A DNA stretch of 64,000 bases from Octopus vulgaris (lineage: Eukaryota), in the NCBI GenBank assembly GCA_951406725.2, contig OX597825.1:76632001-76696000 (forward strand), read 5' to 3'. Below the pieces are notes generated by a model. The model worked only from the letters and a program-made list of their open reading frames with translations, was not told the origin of the DNA and did not search any database. The position numbers and the translations under genes were made by a program. This document shows, one piece after another, positions 40,746 to 54,392 of the stretch; position 1 is the first letter of the stretch, and each line of letters opens with the position of its first letter.

Positions 40746-41346
40746 CAGTATTTCAGAACCAGGATCCATATAAGATTTTTTGTTAAGATTTCTATGCAAT
40801 AAATTGGTTATATTTCTTCAAAATACAAAATATTAAAATTTTTTTAATACAATTCTTAATATTTTAAATCTTTTATCTTTTACTGGTTTCAATCATTTTG
40901 ACTGCGGCCATGTTGGGGCACCACCTTGAAAGGTTTTTGTAGTCGAATAAATTGATCCAAGGACTATTTTAAAACCCAGTAGTTGTTCTATCGGTCTGTT
41001 TTGCCTAACAGTTAAGTTACGGGCCGTAAACACACCAACACCGGTTGTCAAGCGGTGGTCACACACACACGCTCACACACGACAGGCTTCTTTCACTTAC
41101 CATTTACTAAATTCAATCACATGGTTTTGATCGACCCAAGGCTATTGCAGAAGATACTTGTCCAAGGTGCCACGCAGTGGGACTGAACCTGGAACTACGT
41201 GGTTAGGAAGCAAGCTCCTTACCACACAGCCACGCTTTTATATAAAATATAATAGGGTTTTTTAAACATCAAATGGTTATTAGGATCCAACCAAGTAAAA
41301 TAGGGATCAAAGGGGTCCATAGGCAAAAAATGGTTGGGAACCACTG
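40746..41346. mobile_element. hAT (Charlie-like) MITE interrupted by a SINE
   Basis: Right TIR GGTTGGGAACCACTG, degenerate left TIR CAGTATTTCAGAACC. 8-bp flanks CTTTAAAA and CTTGAGAA match at 6 of 8. Confidence 0.55.
40875..41235 (-). mobile_element. SINE family B
   Basis: Collinear with 21835-22280. Confidence 0.87.
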
Positions 41347-41629
41347 CTTGAGAACATTGGACAAAAATATGCTTGGCGGCATTTAGGTTACGGCCCTTTA
41401 CGTTTTGAGTTCAAATCTCGCAGAGGTTAAGTTTACCATGCAACCTTTTGCAGCTGATAAAGGAAAAAAAAAGTAATCCTCTGGGATTGATTTAATGAAC
41501 TGACACCTTTCCCACAAATCTCCGTCTTTGTGTCCATGTTAGAAACACACACACACACTCATACATACACATGTATTTATGTTTTTGCTATTATTTTGGA
41601 TCTCGTTCATTCAACCTCCTTGCCGCACC

Positions 41630-41800
41630 TTTTCTTTCTTTCTTTCTGTCTTTCTTTCTTCCTTCCTTTCTTCCTTTCTTTCTTTCTTTCTGTCTTTCAT
41701 TCTTCCTTTCTTTCTTTCTTTCTGTCTTTCTTTCTTCCTTCCTTTCTTCCTTTCTGTCTTTCTTTCTTTCTTTCTTTCTTCGTTTCTTCGTTTCTTCGTT

Positions 41801-41840
<40 letters not shown>
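41630..41840. repeat. (TTTC)n microsatellite
   Basis: Directly visible. Confidence 0.95.
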
Positions 41841-42085
41841 GTTCTTGTTCTTCGAATGCACTTCATCTTTTTTGCCTGTCGTCAACGTCTTCGGTACTTG
41901 TAAACCAATGCAAGAAATAACTGTTACCATTAGCATCATCATCATGATCCTCCGCCTCCTGCTCCTCCTGCTCCTCCTGCTCCTCCTCCTCCTTCTCTTC
42001 CCCCTCCTTGTCCTTCCTCCTCCGCCTCCGCCTCCTCATCATCACGATTATCATCATCACCATCATCACTATCACCATTACAACA

Positions 42086-42132
<47 letters not shown>

Positions 42133-42346
42133 TAATTATTATTATTATCTTCATTCGCTGTAATATCCAGCCGTGACCATCCTATCTGTTTACGTAAACC
42201 AGTCGCCAATATATTGTCCAATGTAATCCGTCATTTTTTTTTTATATTTAAGACTGTAATGTGATGCATGAGGGTATTTGGTTATTCTTTCTTGAACGTC
42301 GTACTTTGTTTCGGAGGTACAATAGCAGCAACAACATTAGTATTAA

Positions 42347-42387
<41 letters not shown>

Positions 42388-42665
42388 ATAATAGCAATTA
42401 AGGTGGTGGTGGTGGTTGTGGTGGTGGTGGTGGTTGTGGTGGTGGTAGAAGTAGTAGTAGCAGCAGTAGTTGTCTTTGTCTAGGCAGCAACCATAACTGA
42501 CCCATCCGAGCATTATTCTGTACGGAAACGAGGCCGGCTCCATTAGATTATGTGCAATAATGATGTCTGTATGTGTGTGTGTGTGTTTGTGTGTGTGTAA
42601 AAAAGAAAGATGGGAATAAGTAAAGAGACCGAGAAAGGAAGAAATTGAGTAAAAGATAGATAGAT

Positions 42666-42712
<47 letters not shown>

Positions 42713-42784
42713 GAACGTAGAAAAGAGTATCTGACTGAAAGACAGGTAGATATTTTGACACGAACGTTTGTGTGTGTTTGTGTT

Positions 42785-42815
<31 letters not shown>

Positions 42816-42850
42816 CTGTCTGTCTATATATATATATGTGTGTGTGTGTC

Positions 42851-42885
<35 letters not shown>

Positions 42886-42983
42886 TCTGTTTTTAATTTA
42901 TATTTGATATATTCTCTCACCTCTGCCACTATCAGGCATATACAGGTGCTTACACTTATCAAGTATTCACTCTAAATTTACAG

Positions 42984-43023
<40 letters not shown>

Positions 43024-43177
43024 CATACAGATCTACACATACATTTGTATATATATTTGTAAGTATCATATATATATATATATATATAATTATACACATA
43101 TGCATACATATATGCATATATATATACATATATATACATATAAATAAATATATATACATACACATACATAACACACA

Positions 43178-43214
<37 letters not shown>

Positions 43215-43215
43215 A

Positions 43216-43266
<51 letters not shown>

Positions 43267-43647
43267 GGAGTTAGAGGGGATCGAAAGAGCATGGCAAGAA
43301 AAGGTTGAGCCTCGAGCCTTTGTAGATCACATGGTCTCTTCACTGAATTGTTTCTGGGCCCGTCACAAGATGCAAATGACATCACACCAATGTATAGATA
43401 TGTATATGTCTACGTGTATGCGTACGGTTGATTTGTTGTTGTTGTTGTTGTGTGTGTATTTCGTGTGACTGTGCGCGTTTTATAAAAGTTATATGTATGT
43501 GTGGTTATTAGTTTAATTGTGTATATGTACGTGCGTTTACAGCTTGACAGATAGATACAATTAAGCATTAGATAACAAGACAAACAAATGGATAGATAGA
43601 CATTTAAAAGGGTTGGCTGAAAGTTAGTTAAATGGCTAGATTGATGC

Positions 43648-43721
43648 ATAAACAGAAAGGTGTATGGAGATAGATAGATAGATAGATAGATAGATTGATA
43701 GATAAATAGAAAGGTGCATGG

Positions 43722-43767
<46 letters not shown>

Positions 43768-43993
43768 ATAGAAAGGTGTATGGAGATAGATAGATAAATA
43801 GAAAGGTGTATGGAGATAGATAGATAGATAGATAGATAGATAAATAGAAAGGTGTATGGAGATAGATAGATAAATAGAAAGGTGTATGGAGATAGATAGA
43901 TAGATAGATAGATTGATAGATAAATAGAAAGGTGTATGGAGATATATAGATAGATAGATAGATAGATTGATAGATAAATAGAAAGGTGCATGG

Positions 43994-44043
<50 letters not shown>

Positions 44044-44215
44044 ATAGAAAGGTGTATGGAGATAGATAGATAAATAGAAAGGTGTATGGAGATAGATAGA
44101 TAAATAGAAAGGTGTATGGAGATAGATAGATAGATAGATAGATTGATAGATAAATAGAAAGGTGTATGGAGATAGATACATAGATAGATAGATAGATAAA
44201 TAGAAAGGTGTATGG

Positions 44216-44281
<66 letters not shown>

Positions 44282-44282
44282 A
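43648..44282. repeat. Composite minisatellite: 13 copies of AAATAGAAAGGTGTATGGAG with variable (ATAG)n spacers
   Basis: Counted by eye. Confidence 0.93.
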
Positions 44283-45399
44283 TAAAATAAAGTATAGATA
44301 GACAGACAGATAGAAAGTTAGATGGATAGATAGATAGATGAAAAGAGAGATGAAGTGATAGATAGATAGATAGATAGATAGATAGGCAAATGAACAGAAG
44401 TGGATAAAAAGTTAGGTAGATGGATGGATAAATAAGTAGATTAAAGATTGGTAACTCGATCGATGATAGCTAGGCAGATAGAAACTTGCTTAGATGGGAA
44501 GATAGATAGATAAAATAGATAGATAGACAGATAAAAAAAAAATTAGGTGGATGGATAGGTAGACAAGTAGATAGATAAATAAATGGATGTATGGATGGAT
44601 AGGTAGATAAAAGGTCATTCGATACATAGATTGCTAGCTAGATCATTAGATAGATTGAGAGATAGAAAGTGTAGGTATTGATAGATAGATAATCAAATAG
44701 TACTGATGGATAATTAGATAACTAGCTAGCTAGCCAGATAGATCACATGAACTTGGAATGTGTTGCTGCCGTTTTAGTAGCAGTCAGGCCCAATGTGAAT
44801 GGTGTTGGCATTATTTCAGGAATTTCAATTTTTGGCGGTTAAATTTACACATCATCAGTGAGGTAATGTAAAGAAAATTTAGCTTCTTTTCTCACAAACA
44901 AAACATTAGATAAAAGCATTTACATTATAAAACAACACTAAAGAACTAGAATATATAATAAAACTAGGTGACCAAGCCATGGAACATACAATACTGACAC
45001 AAATATATTATAACAAAGACACCAGCCATCACATCTATTAAGATATACAAGTGATATATGAAGTGTATTATAGAAATAAAATCCATACTAACTATATAAA
45101 TGATGGCTATAGTGAAAAACCTGATAATTAAAACGTAATTCATTTCAGGAAAACATTAAGCAACACTAATAACGCATTACAAAAGAAAATCATTAACATT
45201 GAAGTACTTTTTATCAATAACAAAAGAGAAGCTTGTTGTAAGCATGGGAACGAGCTATTCAATGATTTATGTGATTAACACATTTGATTGGAAATGTAAA
45301 GGTTGTTAACTTCACAACTCTAACTGTTTTATTGACCATGCCAAGATGATATATTCTAACCGGCTAATGACGTTACAACCGTTGAAAACGATATATGTT

Positions 45400-46070
45400 A
45401 AGCACAAATTTGACTATTCTGCAGAGTCTGACAAAAATCTATTGAGTGGTGAAACTGAAGAGAAAGTTTGGCATATTCTAAGCAAATGCAGCAAATTGGC
45501 CCAGGGTGAATACAGGAGAAGGCATGACAATGTCTCCAGAATGTTTCACTATCTAACTATGTTGTATGTTTGGATTAGAAAAGGTGAGAAAATTGCTTGA
45601 GCATGAGCCAAAGGTTTTGATGGAAAATAACAGAGCAAAGAGACTTTGAGACTTCATAGCCCAATGTGATAGAATCGAACATCGAGAACCCGATACTGTA
45701 CTGGTATAAAAAATCGTGCCTGATCATAGAATTCGATTGCCCTGGAAATATCAGAATAGTCGAGAAAAAAGTTAGAAGAGGAAAACTGACGAGATAAGAA
45801 GTTCTGAAGATAGAAATCAAAAACCTATGGTCAATGTAAAAGCATTTATTGGGCCAATAATTATTGGCGGCCTGTGTAAGAGTGAGGAAAGAAATTAAAA
45901 ACTGTTTAGAAAAAAGGTAAGCATAAAAATGGCAATAGAGTACGTTCAGAAGACAGCATTACTTGACGGTACAAGGAATCTCTGCAAAGTTCTCAATACT
46001 TGAAAAGTTCACGGGAAGTAAATTGCTTATGTTAATGATACCTCCGGCAACAAGCTGAGTATATTACATG
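45400..46070 (+). mobile_element. Degenerate Dong/R4-like LINE 3' end
   Basis: Encodes ETEEKVWHILSKCSKLAQGEYRRRHDNV, IEHREPD and QKTALLDGTRNLCKVL. Followed by (TAA)n. Confidence 0.8.
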
Positions 46071-46093
46071 TAATAATAATAATAATAATAATG

Positions 46094-46129
<36 letters not shown>

Positions 46130-46864
46130 GTGTCTAGTTTAGACACATGACCAAGTATTTGGAAGGGAGTGAGGGTCTATCGATACCGCCTCGACCGCAG
46201 TTCATGACTGGTATCGGAAGAATTTCATGGAAGACTTTCAACAGATGAAATACAGAAAATAGTGTTTCTAAAAAAAATTTTTAAATGTGTATCTGTATTT
46301 TACTCAAAAATATTGCCTGTAAATTGCAGACAATAAGAGCAAATCTATTTTGGTTTAGCGCTGGTGGAAGACTCCGAGTGAATAGAGTACGTGTACTTTT
46401 AACAAGTTAAAACAGAAATGACAAAAAACAGAAATAATCTCGTCGTGTACACAGTTACAACCCGATACTGAAACAAAGAGTTCATATGTTAAACCACACA
46501 CATACACACACACAAATGTACGCACGCGCGTACACAGTGAGAGAAAGCCAGCCACTGATGCACAATTCAACACTCAACGCTATAGATGAAACTTTAAAAC
46601 ATCAATTAAAACAACAAAGCAAATTCCAAGACAAAACAATAACAATCACAACAATAATAAATAAAAAAACCCAGATGTAACGTGTAAACACAATTCAGTA
46701 TTGTAAAAAAACAAACAAAAATATATACAACCAAATAAAAATGTTTTTAGACACCTGAAAAATAAGGAGATGCACCTGGTTGTGCAGTAGAAACTCTCGC
46801 AGAAAACTGTAGAAAACCTAATAAAACGAACAGTAATAATAATAACAAGAACATCAGTTATAAT

Positions 46865-47066
46865 CCTTTAGTATGTTGGCGCAAGAATCGCAAATTCTGA
46901 GGAGTGGAGGAATCATTTACATCAACCCCAGTGCTTAAATGGTACTTGTTTCATCGACCTCGAAAGGAGGAAAAGCAAAAGTAGACGTGGACGGAATTTG
47001 AACTCAAAGGACGGACGAAATGTAGTTCAGCATTTTACCCGGCATATTACCGATACTGCCAACTCA
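46865..47066 (-). mobile_element. Degenerate SINE family A
   Basis: ATCGACCTCGAAAGGAGGAAAAGC..GGAATTTGAACTC. Confidence 0.7.
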
Positions 47067-47120
47067 CAGCCTTTATGATGGCAATAACAACAACAACAAC
47101 AACAACAACAACAGCAGTTG

Positions 47121-47312
47121 AAGCGCAATGGCCCAGTGGTTAGGGTAGCGGACTCGCGGTCGTAAGAACGCGGTTTCGATTCCCAGACAGGGCATTGTGA
47201 GTGTTTATTGAGCATACAATACTGACACCTAAGCTCCACGAGGCTTCGGCGGGGAGTGGTGGTGAACCCCGCTGTACTCTTTCACCACAAATTTCTCTCA
47301 CTCTTTCTTCCT
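47121..47312 (+). mobile_element. tRNA-derived SINE, family D
   Basis: A-box TGGCCCAGTGG and B-box GTTTCGATTCCC. No proper acceptor stem, followed by a non-tRNA body. Confidence 0.7.
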
Positions 47313-48442
47313 ACTTCTGTCACAAAGCAGAGGAACCATGGTGTAACCCACTATGGTGTGGTAAACTTTCAGACCTTAGTCTAGATTGCGAATCCTCTGT
47401 ACCCCAGTATGGTTCAGCTCTCCACCCGTTAAAAGTCACCGTTTACGGAATGAGGATAACAACGTAGCTCTCGCGCTCGCGCATCCGCCAGTTTACCGCG
47501 TGTGGTGGGTGGATCTTCAAGTTGCCACACGCATTCTTAGTAGCTTAGAGTAGGCTCGAATTAGAGATTACTCTTTGTGGCTAATGGCGTGAGTCCTGAT
47601 TGGAAGAAGAAGACAACAGCAGCAATCTTTGAAAATGACTACATGACAGTAATTAAATTAACCGTAAACAACGAGTGCTCGATATTTTCAGTGTACGTTA
47701 TGGTATATAATTTGTTACCCTCGGTAAATTTCTGTGAAAGAATTTGGAGTCATGCTTGCCAGACGAAATTAGTTCACATCTTTTATTGAGAACTGGAGCA
47801 GGATGGCGATTGATAAGAATCTTTATTTGTTTCGAAATGCTTCATTTTTATTCAATATTGACCATGTTTTGCTCGCGGGTGCCGCTCTGTCTTTAGATTT
47901 TCATATATGCTTCGTCAGTGCTATGGTGTTCTCCTGGTATCGATGACAAAATGAGATGCTGTGCTGGTGCAGGCGTCATTTGAAAGAATTCCTCCTCCAA
48001 GGCTTAAAGTTAATTGAATTTTTGTTAGTGGTAATATGGTAAAATATGGAGCTGGAGAATGGGTAAATGAATGCAGAACGATATCAAGTTGAAAAGCAGA
48101 CAATACATTCTTACATGCAATTATCAATGGCTTCTAGGGTAATGTTGCAGTCTTGACACGTATTTCTCTTTCTCTCTGTTCAGTCTGTTTCTGTGTCAGC
48201 TGATGTCCCATATTGTACATTTTGATATGCAGTTATTATTTGAATGAAACACAGTGTTGCTGACTTGGACAAGTACTATTTCCACTGCCAAATCAATTTT
48301 TGTGAATACGTACGTTCAGGTGTTGGTGGCAGGGAAAGATGAGGTGAATTTGATCCGAAAGTGACAGCTGGGGCTCATCTACACTTGTTCGTGGTATGTT
48401 TTTGTGCACAAAGTTTAATGATAATGCAGTGTGGTGTTGGCG

Positions 48443-48508
<66 letters not shown>

Positions 48509-49198
48509 TTAATATACATAATTACAAAAGAGCGATTCATAGTTTTCATTATTTAAAATTTATTAGCAAATTTGTAGCTGCTGCAGAATAATACAACAGG
48601 AGGGAGGTCAAAGTCTGAGAGACAGCTACTTAATCCGGAATTGGTGATGTCCTCCAGTTCGACGAAAGAATTCTACATGTGCTTGCATTTGCTAAAAGTT
48701 TCGGACCTGGAATTAACTAATGTGATGGATTTCTTGAACCTGAAAAAAATGTGCTATCTTTTAGCAACGCAAAACCTGCATCTCTTTGATCTATTTATAT
48801 ACGGCGTAAATTTCTCCACGCTTCTAATTCTTGACTTTTCTCACTGGCCAGCGTCATGGTTTTTAAACACATCCAATGTTATAAACTGAGCCTGAAAGAT
48901 TGGTTGGAAATACATAACACGTTATATAAATCTGCCAATTTGATGTATATTAGATCACGAAACTAATAATATCGCTTTTGTAATTGCGTGTATTTAATGA
49001 TATTTATGAAGCACTTTTTTTAGTTAGTCCTACTTATAATGGAACTTATATATATATATATGCATATATGTGTGTGTGTGTGTGTATTTATATTTACATA
49101 TCATTACCGACCAGACTGTGTGATGTTGTAGACCTTGTTGATTACAATGCGCTTCCTCGCATTGTTGCATTATTCAATATATGTCACCCCATATATAC

Positions 49199-49254
<56 letters not shown>

Positions 49255-49258
<4 letters not shown>

Positions 49259-49630
49259 GTTTACTTGCCTCGAAATGCTTTTTAGTTGGACGAATCGGCT
49301 CCAAGACTTATTTCTTAAGCCTAGTACTTGCTCTGTCGGTATCTTTTGTCGAACTGCTGAGTGACGTGACGGGGACGTATACATACCAACATCGGTTGTC
49401 AAGCGATGGTGGGGGACAAACATAGACAAATTCACGCACACACACACACACACACACACACATACATATATATATATACGACGGGCTCCTTTCAGTTTGC
49501 GCCTACTAAATCCATTCACAAAGCTTTGGTCAGCCCGAGGCTATAGTAGAAGACAGTTGCCCAGGGTATCATATAGTGGGATTGAACTTGGAACCATGGG
49601 GCAGGGAAGCAAACATATTATTATACATCC
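49255..49630 (-). mobile_element. SINE family B
   Basis: Collinear with 21835-22280. Confidence 0.85.
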
Positions 49631-49787
49631 ACCTCTGCATGTAATACAGATGCCGCTTGCTAGTTCTGCTTCAGATAAGCAGCAAATGTTGTCGTAGCGT
49701 AAAAAGGTGTAAATTTAAATCAGCTGGAGTATACACCACATGAGTGGGACAGTGTTTGTGATATGTGAGCAAGTGTTGCTATACTTA

Positions 49788-50100
49788 TGGTGCTTAGTGG
49801 TTAGGGTATTTGGCTGACGGACGCAAGGTCGTGAGTTCGATTCTTAACGGAGCATTATGTCCTTCAGCAAGGCATTTTATTTCGCGTTGCTCCAGTCCAC
49901 ATTACTGGCAAAACTGAATTGCACCTGTAATTCAAAAAGCCAGCCTTGTCTCATTCTGAGTCACGTTGAATCTCATTGAGAACTACGTTAATTGTACGCG
50001 TGTCTGTGGAGTGCTCAGCCACTTGCACGTTAATTTCACAAGCAGGCTGTTCCGTTGGTCGGATCATCTAGACCACACATCGTCGTAACCGATGGAGGGT
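49788..50100 (+). mobile_element. SINE family C
   Basis: Collinear with 23722-24020. Confidence 0.85.
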
Positions 50101-50707
50101 CAGTTGTTGTTGGTATAAATAGTAGAGACAGCAGTGGTGGCTTGCGTCACTGATATGCTGTTTAGTAAAATGGCGTCTTTTAAAATTTTTTCCTGTTTCT
50201 GTCTATTCTGTGTTTATATTGATGTATCATATTATATTATACGATCTTTAAAATTATTTATGTTAATAACAGCTTCTGTCGGTCCATATATCGTCTGTTG
50301 GATTTTGGCTTAGGGATGGTGTGGTGTTTGTATTTGCTATATGGCTGAGTAGAGTGTTGCGCTGGTGTTCGTAGCAATCACATAATCTGACACCGATAAT
50401 GGTTGCTCTTAGTGGTCGAGGGAGGGGGGGGGAATGGTGGAGAAAGAAGGAGAAGGAAGAGAAGGAGAAGATGTGAAGGAAAAGGAAGGTGAGGAGGGGC
50501 GAGAGGAGAGGAAAAGGAAAAGGAGAGAAAAGTGTAGAAAAATGGGAAGAAATAAATGAAGATTAAGTAGGAGGGAGGAGTGTAAGAAAAAGGAGAGGAA
50601 AGAGAATGAGAAAAAGAGGAAGAAGGAAAAGAAGAAGAAGGAGAAGAAGGTGAATTTGGAAAAAGGAAAATGAAAACACGATAAAAAGTCAATTTTGTCT
50701 TTCTGAT

Positions 50708-50726
50708 CACGTGTCAGTGTCACGTG
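50708..50726. promoter_or_regulatory. Tandem CACGTG E-boxes with 7-nt spacer
   Basis: CACGTG at 50708-50713 and 50721-50726, plus CAGCTG at 50799. Confidence 0.35.
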
Positions 50727-51128
50727 CTGATTGCCGTTAAAAGGGTCGGCCTGTTGACACAGAAAATAAAAAAAACAAAAATAGTGATCAGATCGAGACA
50801 GCTGACGTTGATAGTTATTCTGCCCCATTTTATTTCGTATTGGATACATTATTGTAATATTGAACAGATTGTAAGTAGATAACAATCCAATTGGTGCACT
50901 TAACAAGAGAGGATATGAAAAGCACGGCGGACAAAACTACATTGAATAACTATCTCTTCCTCCACCCTCTCTCTCTCTTTCATACACACATGCATATATG
51001 CTCACATACATTAATACATAGGTGTACACACACACACACACATATATAAGCATGCATAATTTACACATTAAGTGTACGTACATTATGGCCAAATGGACAG
51101 GAAGTTTGTTATATGTATATTGCGTGTA

Positions 51129-51260
<132 letters not shown>

Positions 51261-51363
51261 TGTCTGTCTGTCTGTCTGTCCGTCCGTCTGTGTCTATCAA
51301 CCTATCTCTCTATCCATATATATATATATATATATACGTATCTATATTAATACATACATGTAC

Positions 51364-51421
<58 letters not shown>

Positions 51422-51594
51422 TATGTGTGTATGCACATATATGTAACAGTATGGGTATATACATAGATGCACACATTCTGTTAACTGTACGTACATTATA
51501 GTCAAATGGATAGGAAGTTTGTTTCGTCACCATGTGGTCGTAGCTTCTTCCTCGCTGTGAGGACACAAATGTAATTTTCCTAGAAAACTCAAGA

Positions 51595-51808
51595 GAGGTG
51601 TGCTGGTAGAATCGTTAGCACGTTCGACAAAATGCTTAGTAGTATTCTGTCTGTCTACGTTCTGAGTTCAAATACCGCCGAGGGTGACTTTTGCCTTTCA
51701 TCCTTTCGGGAATCGATGAATAAGTACCAGTTGAACACTGGGTCGATGTGACCAGCAAGCCCCTCTGCTCAAATTTTCAGGACTTGTGCCTATAGTAGAA
51801 AGGATTAT
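51595..51808 (+). mobile_element. SINE family A (short-tail form)
   Basis: Head, core and tail GTGCCTATAGTAGAAAGGATT. Confidence 0.85.
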
Positions 51809-51876
51809 ATTTTACATGTGCATATGCGTGTGTGTTTGTATGTATGTGTATATAAATGCATGTATATATATATATA

Positions 51877-52106
51877 GGCGGCGAGCTGGTAGAAAAGTTG
51901 GCACGCCGGGCGAAATGCGTAGCCGTATTTCGTCTGCCGTTATGTTCTGAGTTCAAATTCCGCCGAGGTCGACTTTGCCTTTCATCCTTTCGGGGTCGAT
52001 AAATTAAGTACCAGTTACGCACTGGGATCGATAGAATCGACTTAATCCGTTTGTCTGTCCTTGTTTGTCCCCTCTGTGTTTAGCCCCTTGTGGGTAGTAA
52101 AGAAAT
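51877..52106 (+). mobile_element. SINE family A (long-tail form)
   Basis: Near-identical to the reverse complement of 94-320. Confidence 0.92.
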
Positions 52107-52125
52107 ATATATATATGTATGTGTT

Positions 52126-52384
52126 ACTATTATGTAATTCAAACAATGATAGACGTAAATCGTACCTTATAGAAAAAATAAAATATATAATAAAACATTT
52201 ATCTAGATCACATTATGATAAATAAAATATATGATAAAACATTTATCTAGTCTATTTACTAATTATATACTGTTTTATTTATTATTATGTACTTTATTGC
52301 GATCTAGATAAATGTTTTATCATATATTTTATTTTTTTTATATGGTATGATTTATGTCTACCATTGTTTGAATTACATAATAGT
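52126..52384. repeat. Imperfect AT-rich inverted repeat, arms about 85 bp
   Basis: ACTATTATGTAATTCAAACAATG...ATCTAGATC pairs with GATCTAGAT...CATTGTTTGAATTACATAATAGT. Confidence 0.88.
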
Positions 52385-52559
52385 GGTTTTTTTCTAATTT
52401 ATATATGTATATATGTCTATAAATTTCAAATCTTGGCACAAGGCCAGCTATTTCGATCGACTCCGCAAGAATGAAAAACAAAGTCGATATACATAATGAA
52501 CGCTCTCGTCGGAAAAGACGTACGAGCATTCAATTTTTGCCGAACGGCCTGCACAAATG

Positions 52560-52777
52560 CATTGTTTATAGTGATCAAATGTTCGTGCCGCACGTTAGAT
52601 CACTCTCTCCATCAAATCGACATTGTCTGAACAGAGGCACAGTGTGCCATGCGTCAGAGCATCGTAGAGCAACGTGAGATGACGAGTTTTGCTCAAGAAT
52701 ACAACGCACCACCCGTTCTACGAATTGAAACCATGATCGCTAGATCGCGAGTGCAACATCCTAACTACTAGGCCATG
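52560..52777 (-). mobile_element. Degenerate SINE with family C-type head
   Basis: TTGCTCAAGAATACAACGC...CCTAACTACTAGGCCA is the reverse complement of the tRNA-like head. Confidence 0.6.
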
Positions 52778-52783
52778 ATCGCT

Positions 52784-52844
<61 letters not shown>

Positions 52845-53218
52845 ACAAACTATGGACTTTCTGGGATTGTAATCAATGGTCTGTTGAGCTCGCTAGTTAA
52901 ATTCAGGTGTTCTGATGATCTCTGAGAGTTTAAAATGCTTTTTATGCTTTGATACTAGTCTCTAGCTCCTTACAAACTTTGCAGACGAAAGATCTGTCAC
53001 CTTTTGAAAATTGGGATATTTCTAAATCGCTATGCTCAGCCTTTATAACTACAATAACAGCATGCCTCTTCATTTCTCGTGTAAGCTGAATGTCTGCCAT
53101 TATTAGTTTCTGAAACAAAGACTATACAGATTTAGCAAAAATGCAGCAATAACCCCACAAAAGTTACATCCTCAAATACCTTATGCACTCTGTATATGTA
53201 TATCTATACATACATGCA

Positions 53219-53254
<36 letters not shown>

Positions 53255-53479
53255 TACACATACGTTCGTTTAATTTTTATTTATTTTATTCATTTGTTTA
53301 TTTTGTTTTTCTTTTCTTTCTATTATCTTTTAATTTAATCTAATTTATTTCTTTAATGAAAATAGTTATTTAATTCCATTTATTTATCTGTGTATTGTAT
53401 TATATTAATCTCATTATCAGTTTATGGGGATCTTATTCTGTCATAGGTTATGATGTGTTGGGTGTGTGTGCTGGTGTTT

Positions 53480-53885
53480 TATTCTAATTTCCTATTCAGG
53501 CTAGGTTTATCTTCTATTATGTGTGTACCTTTCGTAATTTGTCTAAGCCTTTGCGTCTGTCCTATGTGTGGATAAGACTTTAACTTCTATGTTGTTGAGT
53601 GAGCCCCTGTGTTCCTGCTCGGTGTGCTGCTACAGAATCGATGAGCTCTTCTCTTCCTTAAGTTCCCTCCAGTGCTCATTTACCCGCTCTCTTATGCTCC
53701 GTGCTGTCTCCCCAACGTATGTCGTTGTTTTGTTACTTCACCGTCCATCTGTACATCTTATACTATAGACTACATTCCAAGCATTAAAGTTTGTTTGTGG
53801 GCTAAGTCTACATACAATACAGTTCCTATCAGTACAGTGGGTTCTACAAAAAGGGTAGGTTCTACCGATTAAGGATTTCAGAAGA
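53480..53885 (-). mobile_element. Penelope-like element GIY-YIG endonuclease remnant
   Basis: Manual translation: CTDRNCIVCR...NVVYSIRC...TYVGETARSIRERVNEH...QHTEQEH...KPSLNR, with two stops and a frameshift. Absent from the ORF track. Confidence 0.85.
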
Positions 53886-53929
53886 GACACACACACACAC
53901 ACACAAAAAAGAAACAAGAAAGCAAAGGA

Positions 53930-53970
53930 CCACTGATGAGGTTACAGAATGTGTGACGAAAGAACTCTGG
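53930..53970 (+). ncRNA. Minimal type I hammerhead ribozyme candidate with intact core
   Basis: CCA CTGATGA G GTTAC-AGAATGT-GTGAC GAAA GAAC TC TGG. Lies next to the PLE remnant. Confidence 0.55.
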
Positions 53971-54252
53971 CAAAAATACAATTAATATAAAATAAAGCTG
54001 AAGCAAGTGAACACCAAATATATAGTGCGTGTGTTTTTATTGGCTAAACTGGCAACATGACCATCCCCAAATACAACAATATATATATATATACATATAT
54101 ATACATACATATGTGCATACACACACGCATATATATATATCCCTGCATTTATATATGTACAAATGCACGTTCTGTCGACAGTTTATAAAATTCTTATAAA
54201 GACAAAGATTTCCACACAGAGACACAAATACACGCATGCACATTCACACACA

Positions 54253-54332
<80 letters not shown>

Positions 54333-54339
54333 GATCTAT

Positions 54340-54392
<53 letters not shown>

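Noticed and set aside
43648-44282. CRISPR-like repeat-spacer array
   Set aside because: Spacers are only (ATAG)n, there are no cas genes, and the context is eukaryotic.
44960-45080. Further Dong-like remnant
   Set aside because: Only faint similarity to the KYITKTPG region, too decayed to delimit.
47121-47195. tRNA gene
   Set aside because: A and B boxes are present but the acceptor stem does not pair and a SINE body follows. The same applies at 23722 and 49788.
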